A stretch of 64,000 bases of DNA, taken from the NCBI GenBank assembly GCA_964436545.1, contig CAYTCJ010000001.1:14392-78391 (forward strand), read 5' to 3'. This document shows positions 1-9,200 of this stretch, piece by piece; the stretch's first letter is position 1; every line of letters starts with the position of its first letter. The translations under genes and the position numbers were made by a program. The DNA comes from an uncultured Candidatus Saccharibacteria bacterium. GTDB taxonomy: Bacteria; Patescibacteriota; Doudnabacteria; UBA920. The notes under the pieces were generated by a model that saw only the letters and a list, made by a program, of their open reading frames with translations, had not been told where the DNA came from and made no database searches.

Positions 1-4
1 GATA

Positions 5-706
5 TTGGGGATTAGCGGTAAATACGATGCCAAAGTGTTGAATGGATTAGTTAAACAATATTGGGAGCCTGTGCCCAGAAAAAAATTTTTTGGTTGGCAA
101 AAAGCCAGCGATAAGCAAACTTCACCGAGGATTGAAGTGCAGTTTAAAGCCACCGAACAAGCGCATTTGGCTTTAGGGTTTAAAGGCTTGGCATATGGTG
201 ACAAACGCAATACTGCCCAGAGTGTTTTGTCGGCAATTTTAGGCGGAGGAATGTCTTCCCGGCTGTTTACCGAAGTGCGGGAAAAAAGGGGGCTGGGGTA
301 TTACGTAAGAGCCAGTGGCGGTTGTTATCAGGATACCGGAGTGTTTAATATTGGCGCCGGAGTGCAGGTGGATAAAATTGAAGAAGCCATAAAAATTATT
401 TTCCAAGAATTGGAAAAAATTAAATCATTTAAGGTTGGCGAGACTGAATTAACCAAAGCAAAGGAATTTTTAAAAGGCAAGACAATTTTGGCTTTGGAAG
501 ATAATCAGGTGAGACTGGATTGGTTTTTAGAGAGTACGGCTTTTCGGCCAAAAATTTTAACCCCGACCGAAGTGTTTAAAAAAATTGATGTGGTTAAAGC
601 AGAAGAAGTTCAAAAGGTGGCTAAAGCTTTGTTCAATAAAAAAACCATGACCTTGGCGGTAATCGGCCCGTATAAAAATGAAAAAATTTTTAAGCAATTA
701 ATTTAA
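5..706 (+). CDS. M16 family (insulinase-like) peptidase, C-terminal part; gene begins upstream of the window
   Basis: LGGGMSSRLFTEVREKRGLGYYV motif typical of M16 C-terminal domain; ORF open at window start. Confidence 0.75.
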   Translation: MGISGKYDAKVLNGLVKQYWEPVPRKKFFGWQKASDKQTSPRIEVQFKATEQAHLALGFKGLAYGDKRNTAQSVLSAILGGGMSSRLFTEVREKRGLGYYVRASGGCYQDTGVFNIGAGVQVDKIEEAIKIIFQELEKIKSFKVGETELTKAKEFLKGKTILALEDNQVRLDWFLESTAFRPKILTPTEVFKKIDVVKAEEVQKVAKALFNKKTMTLAVIGPYKNEKIFKQLI

Positions 707-1704
707 TGAGTATATCTATTGGTTGTCATGTTTCGGCTTCGGGGGGAGTTTGGAATGCGCCAAAGAATGCGTTTGATTTAGGTTGCGAAACTTTTCAAAT
801 CTTCACTCGTCCACCAATGGGTGGGCCTGCACCAAAGCTTGATGACGTGGTGGTTGAAAAATTTAAAATGGAAATGGTAAAATATTTTCCGAGTTTTAAC
901 TCCCCTCCTAAAGTAGGAGGGGATAAAGGGGTGGTATTTGTTGTCCATTGTCCGTATTTTGTAAATTTCGGTTCTGCTAAAAAAACCACTTATCACGGGT
1001 CAATTTCCGTGGTGTCCGAAGAATTAACACGGGCTAACTTACTTGGCGCAAAGTATGTTATGACCCACTTGGGGAGTTTTAAGGATTTAGGGCAAGCGGT
1101 AGGTATGAAGCAAGCTCAAGCGGGGTTAAAAAGCGTTTTGGAAAAATATGAAGGCAACTCCGACGCTACGGTCGGAGGAGTAAAAACAAAGTTTTTACTC
1201 GAAATATCTGCCGGAGCTGGAGAAGTGATTGGGGATACTTTTGAAGAATTAGCCGAACTTATGGAGCCATTAGTAAAATTTAAGACTTTCGGGGGGATTT
1301 GTTTTGACACCCAGCACGCGTTTTCAAGTGGCTATGATTTGCGCGATGCCTCATCAGTTGCCCAAACCTTTAAGGAGTTTGATAAAGTGATTGGCTTAAA
1401 ATGGCTAAAAATGAGTCATATGAATGATTCTAAAGTGGAATTAGGCGGAAAAAAGGACCGTCACGAACATATTGGGGAGGGAAAGATAGGCGAAAAGGGG
1501 TTTAAAGCAATTTTGGAGTATTTTAGCACCCTCTCTGTCCCGCACAAGCGGGACATCCCTGCCTTGCCGGCAGGCAGGTCTCCCAAGAAGGGAGAGAAAA
1601 ATAATGTGCTTCGCTTTATGCCCTTGATTTTGGAAACCGAACATGATAAAGTCAAAACAGATTTAAAAATTTTAAAACAATTAAGAGACAAAACTTTAAA
1701 ATAG
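706..1704 (+). CDS. nfo: Endonuclease IV (AP endonuclease family 2, xylose-isomerase-like TIM barrel) with two in-frame palindromic insertions
   Basis: N-terminal GCHVSASGG, HxxY/His-metal motifs; length 332 aa vs ~285 expected; insertions at 902-922 and ~1530-1597. Confidence 0.75.
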   Translation: MSISIGCHVSASGGVWNAPKNAFDLGCETFQIFTRPPMGGPAPKLDDVVVEKFKMEMVKYFPSFNSPPKVGGDKGVVFVVHCPYFVNFGSAKKTTYHGSISVVSEELTRANLLGAKYVMTHLGSFKDLGQAVGMKQAQAGLKSVLEKYEGNSDATVGGVKTKFLLEISAGAGEVIGDTFEELAELMEPLVKFKTFGGICFDTQHAFSSGYDLRDASSVAQTFKEFDKVIGLKWLKMSHMNDSKVELGGKKDRHEHIGEGKIGEKGFKAILEYFSTLSVPHKRDIPALPAGRSPKKGEKNNVLRFMPLILETEHDKVKTDLKILKQLRDKTLK

Positions 1705-1717
1705 AAAGGAAAAATAT

Positions 1718-1837
1718 ATGAATCCTGAGGTTAGAGGTTTAGGCGAATTATCACCGGCGGAAAGACTTAAGGAACTACAAGCTAATCGAGCTGTGCTTAA
1801 AGAGGTCATTTTGGCATTAGAGGAGCAAGGAGTATAA
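1718..1837 (+). CDS. small hypothetical protein (39 aa), translationally coupled to next ORF
   Basis: ATG preceded by aaagga RBS; stop 1 nt before next ATG. Confidence 0.3.
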   Translation: MNPEVRGLGELSPAERLKELQANRAVLKEVILALEEQGV

Positions 1838-1838
1838 A

Positions 1839-2069
1839 ATGAACGATAAACTTCAAAAGGTGATTCAGTTGGTACAAAACTCTCAACTGGACCAAACTAT
1901 AAAAGATATTTTAATTCGCGATTTACAGACCGAAGGCTTAGAAAATAATGCCTTTTTAAAAGAGCAGGTTAAAGCTTATTGTCTTTCGGAAATTCAGAAA
2001 ATCGATGCGGAAATGGAAGTGGTTATGCAGATTTTGGATGAAAAGGACCCTCAGTCAAAGCCAGAGTAA
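1839..2069 (+). CDS. hypothetical protein (76 aa)
   Basis: ORF; terminator hairpin at 2113-2140 follows. Confidence 0.35.
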   Translation: MNDKLQKVIQLVQNSQLDQTIKDILIRDLQTEGLENNAFLKEQVKAYCLSEIQKIDAEMEVVMQILDEKDPQSKPE

Positions 2070-2147
2070 GCGTTAATTTATTAAGTTGTGCAAAGCCTCA
2101 AATATCGGTATAATAAAAAAGCTTAGAATTAAGCTTTTTTATGTTTT

Positions 2148-2573
2148 ATGGCAGAGACTTTAGTAAGTCCAAGTGAAGTTAGTAGAGATTTAACTAAATT
2201 CGAAGTGGCAGACATTCAAGATATAAACAGTAAATTGGGCGATCCAGACGCAGATAGGGAATATTATGCATTTTTTAAGATGGAAGGCAATAGGTTTGGT
2301 AGATTTACAGTAGAGTTGGATAACGGAAATAATTTCGCAATTATTCCTTCAGACAAAAGTTTTACGCCAATTAAAAATTTAGTTTACGTGGTTTCTTTAA
2401 TTGCCAGGGTTGATGGAGGAAATCGAGATAAGAAATATAAGGGACTTTGGGCAAGTAAATCAGTAAGAGTTGTGGGTTATGTGGGTGAGTCAACAATTAA
2501 TCCCGATGCATTAATTGCGGACATGTTAGCACAGCAAGAAAAAATTTTAGAGAAAAAAAGAAATGCCAAATAA
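2148..2573 (+). CDS. hypothetical protein (141 aa)
   Basis: ORF overlapping metG start by 11 nt. Confidence 0.4.
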   Translation: MAETLVSPSEVSRDLTKFEVADIQDINSKLGDPDADREYYAFFKMEGNRFGRFTVELDNGNNFAIIPSDKSFTPIKNLVYVVSLIARVDGGNRDKKYKGLWASKSVRVVGYVGESTINPDALIADMLAQQEKILEKKRNAK

Positions 2574-4056
2574 ATTTTATTTAACCACCACTTTGCCATA
2601 TGTAAATTCCAGCCCTCATTTGGGGTTTGCTTTGGAAATGGTATTGGCCGACAGTATTGTTAGGTACCAAAAACTTTTAGGGGGGGAAGTATTTTTTAAT
2701 ACCGGTACCGACGAACACGGAGTGAAAATATTTAGAAAAGCTCAGGAAGAGGGTAAGGCGGTACAAAAGTATGTAGATGAGTTTGCGGAACAGTTTAAGC
2801 AATTAATGCCCGCTTTGGGGATTCTGCCCGAGATTCATTTTATTCGCACCACCGAAAAATATCATATTAACGCCTGCCAAGCTTTTTGGGAGCGTTGTTT
2901 TCAAAACGGGGATATTTATAAAAAGATTTATCATATTAAATACTGTGTGGGCTGTGAATTGGAAAAAACCGAAAGCGAATTAAGCTCGGACGGGAAATGT
3001 TTGGTGCATCCGAATTTGGTAATTGAAGTTTTAGAAGAAGAAAATTATTTTTTTCGGTTTAGTAAGTACCAACAATCTTTGTTAGAGTTTTACAAGCAAT
3101 CCCCCGATTTTGTGGTACCGGAATTTAGGTTTAATGAAATAAAAGAATTTGTAAAAAACGGTTTGCAAGATTTTTCCATTTCTCGGCTGAAAGAAAAAAT
3201 GCCTTGGGGAGTGCCGGTGCCCGGAGACGAAACTCAAGTAATGTATGTGTGGTTTGATGCTTTAATTAACTATGTTTCTACGCTAGGGTGGGGAGTAGAT
3301 AGCAATCAGCAAATCAGCAAATCAGCAAATCAGTTTACGGATTTTTGGGGTACAAAAGAAAAACCAAATGCCATACAAATTGCCGGTAAAGATAATTTAC
3401 GCCAACAATCGGCCATGTGGCAGGCTATGTTAATGTCTGCCGGGCTTCCCACCTCCAAACAAATTATCATTCACGGGTTTATTACCAGCGGAGGACAAAA
3501 AATGTCCAAGAGTTTAGGTAATGTGGCAGATCCTTATTCCATCTTGAGCCAGCTAAAAACCAAAGGGCTTACCAATGAGCAAGCTATAGATGCTTTACGA
3601 TATTATTTACTTAGAGAAATTCCCACTTTTGAAGATGGGGATTATACTTGGGAAAGGTTTGTAGAAAGTTATAATGCCAATTTGGCCAATGGGGTTGGAA
3701 ATTTAACGTCACGGATTTTGAAAATGGCAGTGAATGCCGGAATTATGAAGTATGAATTAGGAATTAGGAATGAGAAAACAAATCAGCATTTAGAAAAATA
3801 CGAACTCCAAAAAGCCATGGACCTGATTTGGCAAAAAATTAAAGCTTGTGACGAGTATATTCAAAAAACCGAACCCTTTAAACAAATTAAAGTGAATGAA
3901 GCGGAAGCTAAAAAAAATATTCAATTTTTACTTTCCGAATTGCATCAAATCGCCTTTGATTTACAAGCTTTTTTGCCTCATACGGCAGAGCAAATACTTA
4001 AAGCATTAACCGGAAATACGCAGAATGAAATTCCGCGTTTATTTCCAAGGATATAA
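2563..4056 (+). CDS. metG: Methionyl-tRNA synthetase (class I, minimal form) with short tandem-repeat insertion
   Basis: HLGF (HIGH-type) and KMSKS motifs; tandem caaatcag x3 at 3305-3335 encoding SNQQISKSANQ. Confidence 0.9.
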   Translation: MPNKFYLTTTLPYVNSSPHLGFALEMVLADSIVRYQKLLGGEVFFNTGTDEHGVKIFRKAQEEGKAVQKYVDEFAEQFKQLMPALGILPEIHFIRTTEKYHINACQAFWERCFQNGDIYKKIYHIKYCVGCELEKTESELSSDGKCLVHPNLVIEVLEEENYFFRFSKYQQSLLEFYKQSPDFVVPEFRFNEIKEFVKNGLQDFSISRLKEKMPWGVPVPGDETQVMYVWFDALINYVSTLGWGVDSNQQISKSANQFTDFWGTKEKPNAIQIAGKDNLRQQSAMWQAMLMSAGLPTSKQIIIHGFITSGGQKMSKSLGNVADPYSILSQLKTKGLTNEQAIDALRYYLLREIPTFEDGDYTWERFVESYNANLANGVGNLTSRILKMAVNAGIMKYELGIRNEKTNQHLEKYELQKAMDLIWQKIKACDEYIQKTEPFKQIKVNEAEAKKNIQFLLSELHQIAFDLQAFLPHTAEQILKALTGNTQNEIPRLFPRI

Positions 4057-4372
4057 ATTTATGAGTTCCAGAGTGCCTAATTTAGCGGGATATAGTAATA
4101 GACCTGCATATGAAATACAAAATACGGGCGCAGAGTACGATAGGTCAGGAGCAGATTTATCTGTGGAGTTAAACAGAGACGATTTAATAAGCCAAATACA
4201 AAGTGCTATAGAAGGAGTAGCTTCAATATCGGACAGTAATATTCAAAGTTTGGAAAATCAATTAAAAAATTTATTAAGAGAATTGCAAGATAATTCTTCT
4301 GGTCGTTCTTTAGAGACTATAAGTAAAGAGGTAGATAGTATTTTACAACAGTTAGGAGTTAATGATTATTAA
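4025..4372 (+). CDS. hypothetical protein (possible true start at Met 4061)
   Basis: ORF only. Confidence 0.3.
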   Translation: MKFRVYFQGYKFMSSRVPNLAGYSNRPAYEIQNTGAEYDRSGADLSVELNRDDLISQIQSAIEGVASISDSNIQSLENQLKNLLRELQDNSSGRSLETISKEVDSILQQLGVNDY

Positions 4373-4385
4373 TTTATAAAAATCT

Positions 4386-4595
4386 ATGCCAGACGAAGAA
4401 CAAAATGAATCTAATGGTAATTGTGGTGGGGCCACAGGTTCTGCAGGGAGTGCGATTGGGGGTTTCTTAGGTGGTGTGGGTGGTGCTATTGGTGGTGCTT
4501 TGGGTGGTTTAGGTGGTATGGTGGGTGGGTTGTTAGGCGGATCGAATTCGGGAGAACCGGAAGCCGGCAATGGAGAAAATTCAGAGGAAAATTAA
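4386..4595 (+). CDS. Gly-rich small protein (GGxxGG repeats, acidic N and C termini)
   Basis: GGT-codon-rich ORF in the Gly frame; alternative frames give W/C-rich or Pro-rich products judged spurious. Confidence 0.3.
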   Translation: MPDEEQNESNGNCGGATGSAGSAIGGFLGGVGGAIGGALGGLGGMVGGLLGGSNSGEPEAGNGENSEEN

Positions 4596-4617
4596 AGGTC
4601 TAAGAAATATTAATTAA

Positions 4618-5289
4618 TTGAATAATCAAAAAGATGTTATGCCTTCAGAAGTTTATGATACGGATAGAGAAAATTTGGCAAAAGCTGATGCTAATTTAGT
4701 AAGAGTAGGATTAAATGTTAGTTTAATAAAAGAGTTTAAAAGAGTGTTGGACTTAGGAGCAGGAGATTGTGTAATTGAAAGAACAGTTACACAAGCTGGG
4801 GGTACGAATGTTACTTCTGTTGGATTAAAACCATCAAATACCAATCGATCAAGAGCTGTAAATTTTACTTCCATGGATATTACTCGGGGGGTGGGAAGAT
4901 TACCTTTAGCAAGTTTTGATTTAATTGTGAGTATTAACGGACCAATGGCTTTATCTAAAACCCGTGAACAAGCAGTAGCAATGTTGGAAAATTCAATTAG
5001 ATTATTGTCACCTCATGGTGAATTAAGGATTGCACCAATTCGTTTTGGTTTTATTAAACAGGAATTATTTTCTCGAGATGAAAGATATGCCAACATCCAA
5101 GGAAAATTATCACATTTAAGAACTGCAAAAGAAATTGATTATTTACAACAAGTTAATCAACAAGCAGATTCTTTGACTCAGGAAAGATTACGAAATTTAG
5201 GTTATGTGTTTGAGGTTGGTCATGGGCTAAATGGGATAGAAAACAGTTATTTGGTTTTTAAGAAAAGTCAAAATCCTTATGTTAATTGA
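4618..5289 (+). CDS. putative class I SAM-dependent methyltransferase-like protein
   Basis: VLDLGAGDC motif-I-like sequence; otherwise unassigned. Confidence 0.4.
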   Translation: MNNQKDVMPSEVYDTDRENLAKADANLVRVGLNVSLIKEFKRVLDLGAGDCVIERTVTQAGGTNVTSVGLKPSNTNRSRAVNFTSMDITRGVGRLPLASFDLIVSINGPMALSKTREQAVAMLENSIRLLSPHGELRIAPIRFGFIKQELFSRDERYANIQGKLSHLRTAKEIDYLQQVNQQADSLTQERLRNLGYVFEVGHGLNGIENSYLVFKKSQNPYVN

Positions 5290-6253
5290 CACTCACGCCC
5301 ATATTAATTTTAAAGCCTTTGAGGCTGATGCTACGGAAGTGGTTCAGCGCGCTTTTAATAATGGAGTAAGTCTAATCTTGGTGGGGACGCAAATAGATAC
5401 TTCTAAAGAAGCAGTTGAGCTTGCTGAGAAATTTAACTCCCCCGCCTTCGGTACCCCCTCTTTGGCCAAAGAGGGGGGAGGGGGAGTTTATGCTGTCGTG
5501 GGTCTTCATCCGGTTCATACTTACAGCCAGCATTTAGACGAAGAAGAAACCAGCTTTCAAACCCGCGAAGAAATTTTTGATTATGAAGCTTATTATAAAC
5601 TTGCCAGTCATCCGCTGGTGGTGGGTATAGGGGAGTGCGGATTGGACTATTACAGAATTAAGAATGATGAATTAGGAATTATGAATGTGGAAGAAATTAA
5701 GAAAAAGCAAAAACTGACTTTTATTCAGCAAATTAAATTAGCAAAAGAATTAGACAAGGCATTAGTGATTCATTGTCGGCCCAGTGTCGGCACGGCAGAT
5801 GCTTATGAAGATATCCTTCAAATTCTGGACCAAGAATTTGAAAAATTCCAAATTCCAAATCCCAAATTCCAAATGCGGTTTGAAATTCATTCTTTTACCG
5901 GTTCACCGGAGATTGCTATGGAGTTTGTAAAACGTGGCGCTTATGTAGGTTTAAATGGTATAATTACCTTTGGAGATCGAAAGACAAAAAATCTGACGAC
6001 ATCCTCCATAGCCTTGGCGAAGGAGGGTGATAAGACCGGTAATATGAAAAAAGTGGTGGAAACTGTGCCTTTGGAGCGAATAGTTTTGGAAACCGATTCG
6101 CCTTACCTAACTCCAGTCCCGCATCGAGGAAAACGCAATGAGCCTTTATTTGTTAAACACGTAGCAGAAAAAGTGGCGGAAATTAAAGGTGTGTCTTTAG
6201 AAGAAGTGGCAAAAACCACAACTCAAAACGCTAAATTGTTATTTAATATTTAA
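5279..6253 (+). CDS. tatD: TatD family metal-dependent hydrolase (DNase) with in-frame palindromic and microsatellite insertions
   Basis: MLIDTHAHINF start, TatD His/Asp/Glu pattern; insertions at 5440-5490, 5850-5885, 6005-6030. Confidence 0.85.
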   Translation: MLIDTHAHINFKAFEADATEVVQRAFNNGVSLILVGTQIDTSKEAVELAEKFNSPAFGTPSLAKEGGGGVYAVVGLHPVHTYSQHLDEEETSFQTREEIFDYEAYYKLASHPLVVGIGECGLDYYRIKNDELGIMNVEEIKKKQKLTFIQQIKLAKELDKALVIHCRPSVGTADAYEDILQILDQEFEKFQIPNPKFQMRFEIHSFTGSPEIAMEFVKRGAYVGLNGIITFGDRKTKNLTTSSIALAKEGDKTGNMKKVVETVPLERIVLETDSPYLTPVPHRGKRNEPLFVKHVAEKVAEIKGVSLEEVAKTTTQNAKLLFNI

Positions 6254-6257
6254 AGTT

Positions 6258-9200
6258 ATGACTAAGTATAATCCAAAAAAAACCGAAGCGAAATGGCAAA
6301 AATTTTGGCAGACCCGAAAAATTTTTGTTGGCAAAGATTTTTCCAAAAAACCTAAAAAATTTGTCTTAGTGGAATTTCCATATCCTTCCGGTGCGGGTTT
6401 GCATATGGGCCATTTGCGTCCCTATGTGGCTGCCGATGTCTATGCTCGGTTTTGCAGAATGAAAGGTTTTGAAACTTTATTCCCCATGGGCTGGGATGCT
6501 TTTGGGCTTCCGGCAGAAAATTATGCTCTAAAAATGGGCGTGCATCCGGCCATTACCACCAAAAAGAACATTGCCAATGCTAAAAAACAAATGTTGTCTT
6601 GGGGACTTTCGTTCGATTGGAGCCGGGAAATTAATACCACAGATCCGAATTACTATAAATGGACACAGTGGTTATTTTTACAGTTCTATAAAAAGGGTTT
6701 GGCTTTTGAAGCGACCGGAGTCATTAATTGGTGTCCTTCTTGTAAAACTGGTTTGGCTAACGAAGAAGTGATAGACAACAGTTGTGAGCGTTGTGGCACT
6801 AAAGTGGAAAAGAAAGAATTAAGGCAATGGTATTTAAAAATTACTCAATACGCGGAAAAGTTATTGCAAGGTTTGGAAACTTTAAAAGCTTGGCCCGAAC
6901 CGGTAAAACTTCAACAACAGAATTGGATTGGTAAAAAAACCGGAATAAATATTACTTACGATATTGTTTCGGATAAGGCAGATTCAAATTATGTTTTACT
7001 TCATGGGTTTAACGGAAGCAGTGAGGGGATATTTTTTCCGTGGTTAAAACAAGAATTAAACAAACGAACAGTAAAAGTAGTTTGTCCTAATTTACCTAAC
7101 GCCAATCATCCCACAGAAGATGAACAAGTAGCATATGTGTTAAAAACTTGCGAATTTAATTCTCGCACTATTTTATTTGGCCATAGTTTAGGCGCGGTGG
7201 TGGCTTTAAAGGTGTTAGAAAAATTAAACACTAAAATTGCCGGAGTGGTTTTAGCCGGGGGTTTTACCAATCCAAATTTTAAAGATAATTCAAGACCGTT
7301 TGCAAAAACTTTTAATTGGCAGTTTGATTTTAATAAAATTAAATCCAATGTGGATTTTGTAAAGATTCTTAGCGATCCCACAGATTATGCCATTCCCACA
7401 GAGCAAGGAAAGAATCTGCAAATGAACTTGGCAGGCGCTCTTTTGGAAATCCCCGGTGAAAAACCGCATTACACTTCGGAAGTGGAACCTAATATTTTAA
7501 ACGCACTTCTACCTAACATTACTTGCTTTACCACTCGGCCAGACACCAACTTTGGAGCGACCTTTGTGGTAATCGGACCGGAACATCCGTATTTAAAACA
7601 TAGGCAAATTTTAAATATTGGCACCAAAGCTTGGCAAGCCATTGAAGCTTATAAGCAACAAGCTTTAAGCCAAGGCGATGAAGTTAGAACTGCGGAAAAC
7701 CGTAAAAAGACCGGAGTGTTTACGGGTTTGTATTGTTTGAACCCGCTCACTAATTTTAAAATGCCGTTATATGTGGCAGATTATGTGCTGGGGAATGTGG
7801 GTACCGGGGCGGTGGTGGGTGTGCCTGGGCATGACAAGCGGGATTTTGAATTTGCCCAAGTTTTTAATTTGGAAATTAAACGCGTGGTACAAAAGCATGA
7901 ACAAGACAATTTACCCATAACCACCTTAGAGCAAGTTCAGGAAGAAACAGGGGTTATGGTAAATTCCGAATTTTTAAACGGGTTAGATATCCATACCGCC
8001 ACAGAAAAAATTATGGATTATATGGAAAGTCAAGGAATGGGTAAACGAGTGGTAAATTATAAATTACGGGATTGGGTATTTAGTCGCCAAAGGTATTGGG
8101 GTGAACCTATTCCTTTGGTGCACTGTGAAGATTGCGGGGTAGTGCCGGTACCGGAAAAAGATTTGCCGGTTAAACTGCCCAAAGTAAAAAAATATGAACC
8201 TACCGGCACCGGGGAATCACCCTTGGCAGATATTTTAAATTGGGTTAAAACCAAATGCCCACAGTGTAAAAAGTTGGCTTATCGGGAAACTAACACTATG
8301 CCTCAGTGGGCAGGGAGTAGTTGGTATTGGTTAAGATTTACCGATGCCAAAAATTCCAAAGCTTTTGCATCTATCAAAAACCAAAAATACTGGACTCCGG
8401 TAGATGTATATTTTGGCGGAATGGAGCATACGACTTTGCATTTGCTTTACAGCCGTTTTTGGAATCAATTTTTGTTTGATAATGGCTTGGTAGTTTCCAG
8501 CGAACCCTATAGTTTGCGCAAACCTCACGGCATTGTTTTGGGTCCGGATGGCGAAAAAATGTCCAAGTCTCGGGGTAATGTGGTAGATCCGCAAGCGATA
8601 ATTAAACTTTATGGCGCAGATACCTTAAGAATGTATGAATTATTTTTAGGTCCGCATGAGGCCATGGTGGCGTTTAATGATAAAGGCGCCGTAGGGGTAA
8701 AACGGTTTTTAGATAGAATGTGGGATTGGGTATTAAATAATATCAAATATCAAAAATCAAATATCAAAGATTCGGAAAAAGTGGAGCAGGAATTGCATAA
8801 ATTAATAAAGAAAATCACTGAAGATATTGAAAATTTCCGCTTTAATACTTGTATCTCCGCTTTTATGGAGTTTTATAACCAAATTAAAGAAGAGAAGGTC
8901 TCTTGGGAAGTAATAAAAACTTTTTTAATTTTATTGTATCCTTTTGCCCCGCACGTAGCCGAAGAGTTGAATCAGCTTGCCAGCTCGTCAGCTAATCAGC
9001 GAATCCTCCGTCGCCATGGCTATGGAGGACAAGTCAGAAAGTCAGCGAATCAAAAAATTATTAAGTCACTCCAGTTGGCCAAGTGGCCGGAGTTTGACAG
9101 TACGAAAATTGTTCAGAAAGAAGCGGAAATTGTAATTCAAATTAATGGAAAAGTGAAAGGTAAAATTCAAGTGGGGTTTGATTCAGCCGAAGAGGCGGTT

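Noticed and set aside
4352-4603. Alternative-frame ORFs (W/C-rich plus strand, Pro-rich minus strand) over the Gly-rich peptide
   Set aside because: By-products of GGT-repeat DNA. The Gly frame uses the expected codons.
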